From NCBI GenBank assembly GCA_043228905.1, contig JBHGNT010000003.1, positions 10,168,001 through 10,232,000 on the forward strand: 64,000 nt of DNA. Reading direction: 5' to 3'. The notes under the pieces are model-generated. The model made no database searches. It was not told the DNA's origin and worked only from the letters and a program-made list of their open reading frames with translations. Of the stretch, positions 13,301 to 23,665 are shown in pieces (the stretch's first letter is position 1; the number at the start of each line of letters is the position of its first letter). The position numbers and the translations under genes are program-made. Source of the stretch: Azolla caroliniana (lineage: Eukaryota; Plantae; Polypodiophyta).

Positions 13301-13569
13301 AGTACACGGGCAATTTCGCGGAATAACATATCTTCGCCGCCCTGTGTCCTGTAGCCCTTGCTGGCGAAAGAATACTCACCGAAATATTTGATGAGCTGCT
13401 CGGAGGTAGGATTGTCAATCATGTAGATGCCCCCTTCCGGAAGGCTTGTTAACGCACGGATCCCCTCCTCCATGATCAACTCTGTGTTGATTTCTTTGAT
13501 AATCATTTCGGCCACCTTGTGTGGCGCCGCCTCCATGATCGTCAAGCCAATCTGTGTTGCCGTAGCCAT
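10370..13569 (-). pseudogene. Extra 3' ORF of element A (about 915 codons reconstructed, with long coiled coil)
   Basis: ORFs 12550-13569 and 10472-11986 join once the solo LTR is removed and one frameshift is allowed. The frame is open from 12190 to 10472, and TAG at 10472 looks premature, with the next stop at 10370. Confidence 0.7.
12191..12636 (-). mobile_element. Solo LTR related to element F, inserted in element A
   Basis: TGTT...AACA ends, TSD GGTGC/GATGC, and strong similarity to 53366-53836. Confidence 0.88.
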
Positions 13570-14031
13570 TTCTTGGCGGCTTCAGACAATATTTGGCAGT
13601 CCATCTCTGCGTCGAGGTCGGAGAGCGTTGGCGAGGTTTGATGGTGGAGGGAGTGTGAGAGAGAGAGTTCTAAGTGAGGGGGTTCTCTATGCGCGAGCTC
13701 TCTTCGATTGATCTTCACGCGTCTGTCTGCGTCTGTTCTCCTTGGTTCGCGAAAGAAGAAGGTCTCGATGCATGGGGGTTTTTCTCTTTGCATCTTGGTG
13801 CCTTTTTCGAGCCTATTAGTTTGCAGGTCGTGTACTATAATAGCATTACGTGCCATGTGGCGGTGTTTTAATGCCCCATTCATAGCCTCCTCGTACCTTT
13901 TCAAAGTGCCTCTTTACTCCTCGTTTGCATGGCCGTTTCCACCACTCCTTTGCATGATATCTTTGATTCCATTCCATTCGATTTTATTTTATTTTATTTT
14001 ATTTTTTATTTTTTTAAAATTAATTGTGTGG

Positions 14032-17000
14032 TTAATTTTTCTCCGGTCCTACCGGACCCTTATCCAAATGAAAAATCTTGCCGGCATCGTGACAGTTTGC
14101 CATCGTTTTGCTCTCCCCAATTGCCGGCTGGTGCTCCTCCTTACCGACTTGGTGGTAGCAGTTTTCCTCATAGGTTGCCGTCATGGTTGGCCTACCTGCA
14201 TCCGATTCGGTGTCGGCCCTTCGTTCAAATGGGTTCTTGGGCATAGGTCCTTTGTATGACTTTAGTCTAAATCCGTTGACCCATTTACCCAGTACCTCGC
14301 CAGCAAGTGTCCCTAACTGGTAAGACCCATTGAACCCGCGTGTGATCCAGTATGGTCCGGTCCATCTAAACCGTAGTTTGCCTGGCATTTTACCCATCCG
14401 GGTCTGGAACACTAGTACCGGCTTGCTGATTTCGAACATCTTTTCGTTTCCCTTCCGGTGCCGATCTACAAACGCTTTCCGTCGCCGTTGTTCCAATTCC
14501 AGGTGCATGATGCTCGCCAGTCGATGTTCTTCTAGTTCACACTGAGCCTTTAACCGAATTGCCTCTGATTCCTTTTCATTAAGTCGTTCCCTAATCTGGA
14601 TCCGTAAGCTCAGTACCTGGAATTCGACCGGCATGACTGCCTCTAATCCGAATGCTAACCGGAATGGCGTTGTTCGAATGCTTGTTTTGTACGTTGTCCG
14701 GTAAGCCCAGAGCGCACTGTGCAGCTTCGCGTCCCAATCTGTCCGATTCTCATTGACAATCTTGCGTAGGATATTCTGTAGCGTTTTGCTAATCCGTTGG
14801 CTTGTGGGTAGTACGGGGTGCTCCATTTATGTACTACCGCATAGAATGACGTCAAGCTCTCCACTACCTGTCCAAGAAAGTGCCCTCCTTGGTCGCTTAT
14901 CACCTCTATGGGGCATCCGTACCGGCACCAAATGTATTCGTATAAGAATTTTGCCATCGACGCCGCGGTGTTGTCTCGTAGGGCTTTGGCTTCCACCCAT
15001 TTAGTGCAGTAGTCCATCGCGACGATCACATACCAGTTGCCAGTTCTCATTGCCGGTGGTTTAAAAGGTCCGACAAAATCCAGTCCCCATTTCTGAAATG
15101 GTTCTAGCGGTAGTACTGGCTGGTGCGACATCCTAGCTTGTTCCATTGGCTGGCCCATTGGCTGGCATAGATCACACTCTTTCGCGTACCGGACTGCGTC
15201 TTTCAATGTAGTCGGCCACCATAGGCCACTTTGCCATATCTTCCTTGCTGTAGCATCCCCGGCATAATGGCCTCTGGCGACTCCGCAGTGTGCTTCCCGT
15301 AGTATTACCTCTTTCTCGTCGCTGCGCACCGCTTGTCGCCATATACCGTACGCACCTTTGTGGTATAGCATGTCCCGTAATAAACAGAAGTGCCGGCTTT
15401 GTACCGCCAGGCGTTTCCTCTCGTCTCGGTTCATCTCCTCTGGAGGCAGTCCGGTGCTCAGATATTGGTGCATATTTGTTAACCACTTATCTTCTGGTGC
15501 CACCGTTTCATCTATTGCTGTTTTCGCGGTGACTCGAAATAGCTCGGCATCTGGAAACTCCTCCAGTACTCCGTCGCCGGTTTCGCCGGAATCTAGTTGG
15601 CTTAAATAATCTGCTATTGCGTGCTGTATGCTGGGTCGGTGGAATATCTTGAATTCGAATTCCTGTAATAGCAAAGTCCATCGGGCCAACTTACCGGTAA
15701 GTGACGCTTTGGACACTAGGTAGAGGAGTGCCGAATGATCTACATGGAAGGAAAACTTTCTTCCCAATAAATAATGCCTGAATTTTGTTACGCTATAGAT
15801 CATGCTTAAAGCTTCCCTTTCCATGGTGGAATAATTTCGTTCAGCTTGGGATAACTTCCGGCTTGCGTAATATACGGGCCGGTACCACCTTGGCTCCGTA
15901 AGTTGCATCAACGCACTCCCAATTGCAATGTCGGACGCATCCACGAACACATGAAATTCCTTCACCCAATCCAGGGGTTGCACTACTGGCGCATGCGACA
16001 ATAGAACTTTGAGTGCCTGGTACGCCTTGTCTTCGGTGTCGGTCCACTGGAACGGTGTTCGGTGTACTACAGCATGCAATGGTGTAGTTAGGTCCGCCAA
16101 ATACCGGAGCATTCGGCTATGCCAACGGATTTGGCCTAAGAAACGGCTCAATGCCTTTGCCGTTTTTGGTGCCGGTGCCTCTAGAATTGCTTTTACTTTG
16201 TCCGGATCCACGGCGATGCCCTCCTTGCTCACAATGTGCCCCAGTAGCGTTCTGCTGGACACGCCGAATACACACTTCGCCGGATTCACGCTTAGCCGAT
16301 AAGCCCTACACTTTTCTAGACACAGTCGAAGGTGCTGAAGGTGGTCTCCTTCCCGGCTGTAAACGGCGAAGTCGTCGAGGAACACCTGCATGAACGCCGG
16401 TATGATTTCCCAAATATTTCCATGATGATCCTCTGGAACGTTGCCGGCGCCGTTTTGAGTCCAAACATCATCACTACGGCAACAAACACTCCCCATTCAG
16501 TGACAAAAGCCGTTTTCTCCTGGTCATCGGGGTGCATCCGGATCTGGTTGTATCCGCTGAATCCGTCTAAAAAACTGTATACCTCATGGCCGGCGACTGC
16601 GTCCAAAACTCCATCCGTAAATGGAAGTGGAAATGCATCAGTTATCGTCGCCGCATTAAGCTTTCGGTAGTCGACACATACTCTAATTTTGCCATTTTTC
16701 TTTGGTACGACTACTATCGGGCTCAACTATGTAGATTTCTTTACGGGACGGATAAAGCCAACCCTCAGCAACTTGTCGATTTCCTCCTTGACTTTGGCAG
16801 CATAGTTTGGATTCATTTGGTACCATCACTGTGCTACCAGTTTGGCGTCTTTGCTCAAATGTATCTGATGCTGATATAGCTGAGGATCGAGCCCTCTCAT
16901 ATCCTCGTAGGACCAGGCAAACACGTCCCGAAACTCTTTGAGAAGTGTAATCATCGCCGTTCTATTCTCCGTAGTCATTTCCTTGGCTATCTGCACCGGT

Positions 17001-17945
17001 CTCGCCTCTTCTGTAGTTCCTAGATTTACCTCCTCTAGTTGGGATGCTTTAACCTGTTGTGATATGGCCATTTCTCTTTCCAGCGCTTCTTGTGCTTGCC
17101 GTAGCTCCCAGATCTCTTCTTTATTTGGTTCTTCGTCCGCTCCGTCCGGTGGCAGTATGTATGGTGATATAGCTTCAACTACGTCAATTTCGAATAGGGG
17201 TACTATCTTCTGATTATCTTGCAAGTATTGATCCACCTCTTCGTCTGCTAATCCGTCCAGCATATTGACACATTCGGCATATAGGGGTGTTAATTCCTTC
17301 CCGGTACCCGTCCGTGGTTGTGTCGGTACCCGTACTTTTGCTTTTCCCCTATATGCCGTTTTGTTTAATGTGCGCCGTTTTTAGCCACGGCTGCCCCAAC
17401 AATAGCGGGTAAGCTCCTTGTGCCTGTAATTGTAGCACTACTGCCGAGATGCGAAATGTGTGGCCGCTAATTGTTACTTCCAAATCTCGTATTAAGCCGG
17501 TCGGTCGTACTGAGCTTGTATCCGCCATCCGTAGCCAGAACGGGCATGGTTCCCACTCTTGGATTCCCAAGGTTGTGCATGTTCGGATGCTAATCACATT
17601 GACACCGGATCCTCCATCTATTACTATTCCGAGTAACTCCTTTCCCTTCACAATGGTTGTGATCGCCGGACTGTTTGTATCTAGCACCGCTGGTCCCTCC
17701 TCTGGATTTGAGAACAATGTTGGTGCCGGGGGTGTTTCTCCTACCGTCATGCCTATCTTGAGTCCTTCTGTGAATCTGGGCACTAATTGCAGGAGCCGTC
17801 CTAATAGCAGCGTGATTTGGCACTCCTGCAATGCCTGCCATGTTGCATTTTCGGTCTGACTTCCACCGGCGAGCTCTTCGGTGTTCTCCTTTTGCTGCGC
17901 AAGTTCTGCTACGTTTCGCTCATTTTCCTTTTTCACCCATTCCAT
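14032..17945 (-). pseudogene. pol: pol of element A (protease, RT, RNase H, integrase), frameshifted
   Basis: Motifs VIDGGSGVN, CVDYRKLN, FLDGFSGYNQI, VFLDDF, VDASDIAIG, WGLDFVGP, ISDQG and RWTGPY across ORFs 17349-17945, 16826-17263, 16316-16726, 14655-16496 and 14032-14826. Confidence 0.92.
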
Positions 17946-18046
17946 TGCCTACTTCTGGATGGCCTCTTGTGTCTCCCATTCCGTCGTCTTGCCCTTCAAT
18001 CTTGTGGTAACTTGCTACAGGTCCGCGACTTCGGCGACTACCATGT

Positions 18047-19832
18047 TTACTGCCGGTCGCTTGTCATAGCTCTTTGCCGGACATTGATTACTATAATGTC
18101 CTTCTTGCCGGCAATAGTAGCAATATGCTTTCCAGGTATTGCTGGATTCGGCATTATTTCCTGTACCCGGTGGAGGACCTGTGGTAACCGCGGGGCTTTG
18201 GTCCAGTTGGCTACTTGAGGCGCCTTTTTCCGGTTCACGTGGGTGGCTCCCTTTTTTGAAATGTCGTTTTTTATTAAAGTTCTTTTTGTTGCGGTACCCT
18301 TGACGGGGTTGGTCGTCATATCTCTCGTAATCTTCCCGTCGTTGGTGATACCCGGGGGAGTGATCCCAGTTGTGATGCTCATACTGTCCATTGTAATCTC
18401 GGTACCTGTCATATCTCTTGTACCGGTCATAGTTGTCTCGTCGATCGTCGTATCAGACATCCTGTGCCGGTCGATATCGCTCCTCTCGCCGCCAGCGTTC
18501 GTCTTCTTCGTCTCGGCTGCTACGTGGCTTGATTTGCTGGACTGGTGGTGCATGCCGATTCAATAAGTTATATTCGCACCGGTCCATCGTGTGGCTCGTA
18601 GATTGGCAGAGTAAGCAGTTCGTCCTCATGGTGCACTCCAGTGACAAGTGACCGGAATTCAAGCAGGTCGTGCATTGGATTGCTTGCCGGAACCGGAGAT
18701 CCTCATCGGTTGGTAACGCTCGTTAGAGGGCTCCCATTGTTAGCCAAGAGCTCGTTTTCTCCATTTCTCTAACCCGGTCGATGACCTGGTCGACGTTGCT
18801 TGTGCGAAAGTCGATTACCGTGCATATCGTTCGTAGAGGTTCCCGGAGCGTGGCTAAAAATATAGCCCGTGTTTCTTCCTCCGGAGGTGCGCGGGTAAGC
18901 TGACTGTGCATCTATTGAAACCGGATGACAAACTGTGGAATGCTCTCCCCGGGGTCCTGCCGGATGGTATAAAATAGGCCCACCATTTCTCTCTGGTCCA
19001 CCTCCTTCTGAAAGAAGTGCAAGAATTTATCTTTCAGGTTCGCAAAGGTGGTGATGGTGTTGGGGTCCTCCGTCCGGTGCCATCTGGTGGCCGGTCCTTC
19101 CAATGTCACTCCGAATTCGGCTATCTTAGATCGTTCCTCTTCGGCCGCGGTTAACCGTTGTGACACATGGTTCGCCTCCCATGTTTGTTGAAACGTGTGA
19201 ACATGACCCTCCGTGTCCGGGTCATCCCTATACTTGGAGTACTAGAACGACATGTCATCGTCCAGTGTCGGTACTCGGGCTGGCGGTGTCGGTGGTCTTT
19301 CCTGCTGTTCCGTCGGCGTCAGAGGTCTTTGCCGGTCTTCGTTTAGTGTTGCCGGCTCGACTTCCAGTGTCGAAGGTCTTTCTTTGTCTACTTCAGTCTC
19401 CGGAGGTTGCTCCACGTCTAATGCCGGGGGTTCCCGGTCTAACAACTCTGGTTCCGGTGTCGGTAATGTGTCCAACTCCTTGTTCTCCGGTCCTCCTGGG
19501 GTGTCGTTACTGCTGTGATAGATCGTGTGCGTGCTGTAACCCCCTTCTGAATCTGATTCCAGCGCTGAAAATGCTTCGGATTCGCCGTCTCTTCCGGCCA
19601 AGGCCTAGAGAAGGAATTCCGCTTCCCGCAGGCTGCTTAAGCTGCTTCCTTCGTCCGGGTAGGCATTTTGTTGTAGACAGAGCGACTCCTCCGCCACTTT
19701 CCGGATCACTTTAGAAAATGATCGATCCGATCGGATTTCTTCCACTACTTGCTGGAAAGCCTCTCGCCGCCTTCGCCGTTCCGCAAGTCTTCGTGCTCTC
19801 TCCGTAACTGGTTCATCTGTTGGCCTAGTCAT
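18047..19832 (-). pseudogene. gag: gag of element A with three zinc-knuckle motifs, several stops
   Basis: Retrotrans_gag-like FGVTLEGPATRW...IRQDPGESIPQFVIRF, plus CTTCLNSGHLSLEC, CLLCQSTSHTMDRC and CYYCRQEGHYSNQC. Confidence 0.8.
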
Positions 19833-19870
19833 CCATTCCCGCCGCTATTCATTGCGATTGTGCAAGAATC

Positions 19871-19880
19871 GTGGTCGCCA
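19871..19880 (-). promoter_or_regulatory. PBS of element A, complementary to the tRNA-Arg(UCG) 3' end
   Basis: Plus-strand GTGGTCGCCA matches the plant tRNA-Arg(UCG) 3' end plus CCA as recalled. It lies 7 nt from the 5' LTR. Confidence 0.7.
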
Positions 19881-21444
19881 AAAACTGTGTTAATCCTAGG
19901 GCTGGACAACAACCTAACACAGGGTGTCCACTTAAGACACTTCACCAAAGGGTGTTACGGCAAGATGACTTACGACACAACGCTTAATTAGACCTTAATT
20001 GGTTACTTCGCAATACATCATTAACACACGTAAGATATACAATAAGCATAGAACGGTAAGCAATACTGAAAGGTTAAGGCAATAAGTTCTATTAATTATC
20101 CGTTGTCAATTACATTGTAACCGGGCCTTTATATAGGTCTCCGGTCGGCATACTGATTCCGGTCCGTCCGTCGATATTAATAAAATAATTACAACAATTC
20201 CCGAATAAACTATTCCTTTCACACTCTGGTCTGGACATCCTTAAGCCTTCTTTGCCGGCCGGGTAACATGTCCAAGTTGAACTTCATCTTCTATCTCTCA
20301 TTCGGCCGATTCCGCGTCGACTGGGGTCAAAATTGGAGTCGACTCTGGTTCGTACCAGGATGTTGTCTCGTCAAAGACAACGTCTCAACTTACTCGAACT
20401 TTTCGGGTAGATGGATTGTAACATTTGTACCCCTTTTGTTCGAGTGAGTACCCTACGAGGATACATTTCTTTGACTTCGGGTCGCGTTTTTGTCCCTTCT
20501 CGTCGGGAATATGTACATAGGAAATTGAGCCAAATATCCATACATTTGATAAGTCAGGCTTCTTTTTGAAAAACTTCTCATGAGGGGTTACGTCATGTAC
20601 CGCTGAGGTTGTACACCTATTTATGAGATAGACAAATGTGTTTGCCGCTTTTTCCTAGTACGATTTTGGTAGGTTTTTCTTGTTCATCATGGCCCGTGCT
20701 ACCTCTACTATGTGCCGATTCTTTAGTTCAGTGTGTGTCTGTTACGGGCATGACCATTTAATATCCCGTGGTGAGAATTTACCGTAGTATTCTATACACG
20801 TGGATAAGTGTGAGGGTTAAACGAGAGTGTAAAGAAGGGGAGGATTACTTTTAATCCTCGGGATTGAGACAACCCATTAGGTCAAGTGTGAACTTGCCTG
20901 GGGGCCTTGGGTATCGCTATAAATAAGAGGCCTAGCTACCCTCATTTGATCATCTTTTGACTACATCGAGACTCTGGTCTTGTGGTGGGTCAACTCTTGT
21001 AGCGAGCGCGCCAGCACCAGGTACGACTCGACGCCACGGTGGTGGTATGGGACGCTGATCGAGGCTCGAGTCCGTCTCAATCCCTTCGCTCGGGGGTGGT
21101 CGGGTGGATCGGCACCCTTCTTTCTCTTTCTCCTTTCTACCTATCATTTCTTTATCCTTATCTTAAGCTTACGTTAGTACTTAGATCTCTAATATTTGGT
21201 ATCAGATTTATGTACTAATGTTTCTTTGTTTTTCATTTGTCGTTTGATTGATGGTGATCGATCGATGTGCGGTCGGCCTTCATCCAGACAACGATCAACA
21301 AAGAACTTCGGTAACTCTTTCCAAATTTTTTTTTTTCTATTCCCTCTTCTCCCATCTAATCATGTGTTTAGTTTATATGTCAATTTTTTTCATTAAGTCA
21401 ATGATGTTGTAGTGGTCTTTAATTGATTATCTAAAATGTTTACA

Positions 21445-21705
21445 TATGTGCACGAGGTCAATACCTCGTTTGACATATTAATAATATGTGATGAGTGTCG
21501 TCTGCGTACGAGGTTAATACCTCAATTACGTATTACGTTCACGAACATATGTTACGTTTGCGTATGAGTTTAATACCTTGATTTGTTGTAAAGGATATGC
21601 ATTTGGTCTCGTATGCGTAAGAGGTCAATACCTCAATTGCGTATTACGATGATCTCTTATTTGTGGATGTTTCGTGTGTGTAGAGGTATATACCTCGATT
21701 ACGTA
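21445..21705 (+). repeat. Array of five palindromic GAGGT-N4-ACCTC motifs at 55-62 bp spacing
   Basis: Cores begin at 21454, 21510, 21566 (degenerate), 21621 and 21683. Confidence 0.8.
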
Positions 21706-22885
21706 TCTCGATCACATCATTTGTGGCTATTTAATATAACGATATGTTAATATAGGCATATGTGTTCACGTATATACGTATTTGATCATATATACGTGAT
21801 AAGTAAACATATGTGTATATTCGTTATTACGTGATTATATCGAAAGTTGTCCTTGTCGGGAAAAGGATGTTGGTGGCCGTCCTCACATTTTTGTGAGAAT
21901 GGCTTTGTCACCATCCCTTTTTCAACAATTTTTTATTGTTGACAACCCCGTTGATGACCTCGATTTCGTTACGTAAAGAAACGCCAATAGCCATAATGAT
22001 GTTGAGTACGTAGGGCTTGACCCACTTCAAGTGAGGTCGCTCCAATGACGCACGTATCCAACATCCCTCCCTCGTTACATGGATACGATGCCACCATGAG
22101 CTCGTTCTTATGAGAGGCATTCGTAATGACGTGACCATGTGATGGGCCACGTGGGCCTACTACGAAACGAAGGCTCATTTGGCTTGACCATTAGGTTGCA
22201 ATTTGGCGTATGCCATCGTAATTACGAGACTTGAGGTTAGGTAACGTACCAACATAGTTTTGGTAAATGAGGGCGAAATAAGGACCCTTGAAATATATGT
22301 TCTTTTAAAAAGAAACATATATGATCAATTGCCTCGCATATCTCTTATACGCATCAAACATTAAGCATTCGAGAAGAGCAACGTACTTGGTTGGCTTAAG
22401 TGTTTAATGTATTTGTTCTCGAGGTCTCGAGTTCAAATATGACCAAGACCATACAACATCCTTGATACATATGACTATAACACATGTTTAGACTTAAGGT
22501 CTAAGTGCACCTCGGGGTCCTCGTAATAGGACTTAAAGAGCCGAAACCACATATGTGGGCACCGAAACATAGTTTATTGTTAACATTTTTTTCGTGTATA
22601 AACTATTCATGACGCGAACATACATGGTTGAGCCTCAGGGAGCCACCATGAAAAAATCGATATAGAGATCAGGGAAAGACATTTATTTGTCACCCCCATG
22701 GTTTTTAAAACACCTTTGTGTTACCATAGTAACCTGATCTTGAACCTCATCTCATATGTCTAGAGGGGTATTGATGTGAGATCATGATATCAATTAATGT
22801 TTGCCCATGATATGTTTACATCACGACATGATGTTATGACTATATCTCTGACCTTGTCCTATTTCTTTTCCAGAAATAATCTTTA

Positions 22886-23665
22886 ATGGCTCAAATTAAC
22901 AACCCGATTTCATCCGCTCAAGCGGAAGGAACTCAAGGGAATCCTCCTGGACAAATGTCCACTGAGATGTATTTGGCACAAATAACCCAATACCTTAGTT
23001 TCACCGCTCAACAGATGACCGAACTTTGGCAATCTCAGAGTGCTCTTGAGGCACGTGTCATTAATCTACAACGTGAGACTAATAGACCTGATGAGCGACA
23101 AGGTGAACCATCATTTGTCGTTAAGCCATTTACGGGAGACAAAAAGGAAAGAATCGAAGAAATAATCTACACATGGCTGGGACGATGGGAGTCTCATTTT
23201 GAGCTCTATCCCACGCCAGATAGTACAAAGATTGCATATGTCGGCCGAGAACTCGGGGGTAAGGCCGCCGCCTGGTGGCGTGGGCTCTGTACTATGGGGA
23301 AATTGCCCGATACCTGGACAAATTTTGTCACAGTTTTTAAGGGGCAATTTCTGCAACCTCCCTCTCGAACCGAGGCAGCACAAGCTTTAATGAACCTCTC
23401 TAGCAGGAAATTTTCCTTGCTAGAAGACTATGTTGACCATGCTAGAACCCAAATCCAAAAATCGGGTCTAGAAGGGGACAATTGGTTATTAGCTTGTTTT
23501 GTCAATGGCATCCCCAATTCGGACTATCACTGGATAGTGCACGATAAGGATCCAAAATCCTTCGAAGAGGCCGTTGAAATATTTCTTCGCTATCAACGCA
23601 CTTCGAAGAAGGACCATAACAAACCCAACGAAGCGCCCAGGACTAAGCAGAACTACTTTCCCTAA
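22886..23665 (+). CDS. gag: Retrotransposon Gag (capsid-like) protein, 259 aa, intact, no zinc knuckle
   Basis: Coiled-coil N-terminus, KPFTGD, LGGKAAAWW, TWTNFVTVFKGQF, FVNGI and PKSFEEAVE. Confidence 0.85.
   Translation: MAQINNPISSAQAEGTQGNPPGQMSTEMYLAQITQYLSFTAQQMTELWQSQSALEARVINLQRETNRPDERQGEPSFVVKPFTGDKKERIEEIIYTWLGRWESHFELYPTPDSTKIAYVGRELGGKAAAWWRGLCTMGKLPDTWTNFVTVFKGQFLQPPSRTEAAQALMNLSSRKFSLLEDYVDHARTQIQKSGLEGDNWLLACFVNGIPNSDYHWIVHDKDPKSFEEAVEIFLRYQRTSKKDHNKPNEAPRTKQNYFP

Larger units (their letters stand above)
9879..20268 (-). mobile_element. Full-length non-chromovirus Ty3/gypsy element A (Athila/Phygy-like), inactivated
   Basis: TG...CA LTRs at 9879-10315 and 19888-20268, TSD TGTCC on both sides, PBS TGGCGACCAC, domain order gag-PR-RT-RH-INT followed by an extra ORF. 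No chromodomain and no second RNase H seen. Confidence 0.93.

Noticed and set aside
21445-21705. CRISPR array call for the palindromic repeats
   Set aside because: Eukaryotic retrotransposon context, degenerate repeats, partly related spacers and no cas genes. Kept only as an unexplained repeat.
22385-22450. Possible tRNA-like box (GAGTTCAAAT) in the interior of B
   Set aside because: The A box and cloverleaf are not convincing.
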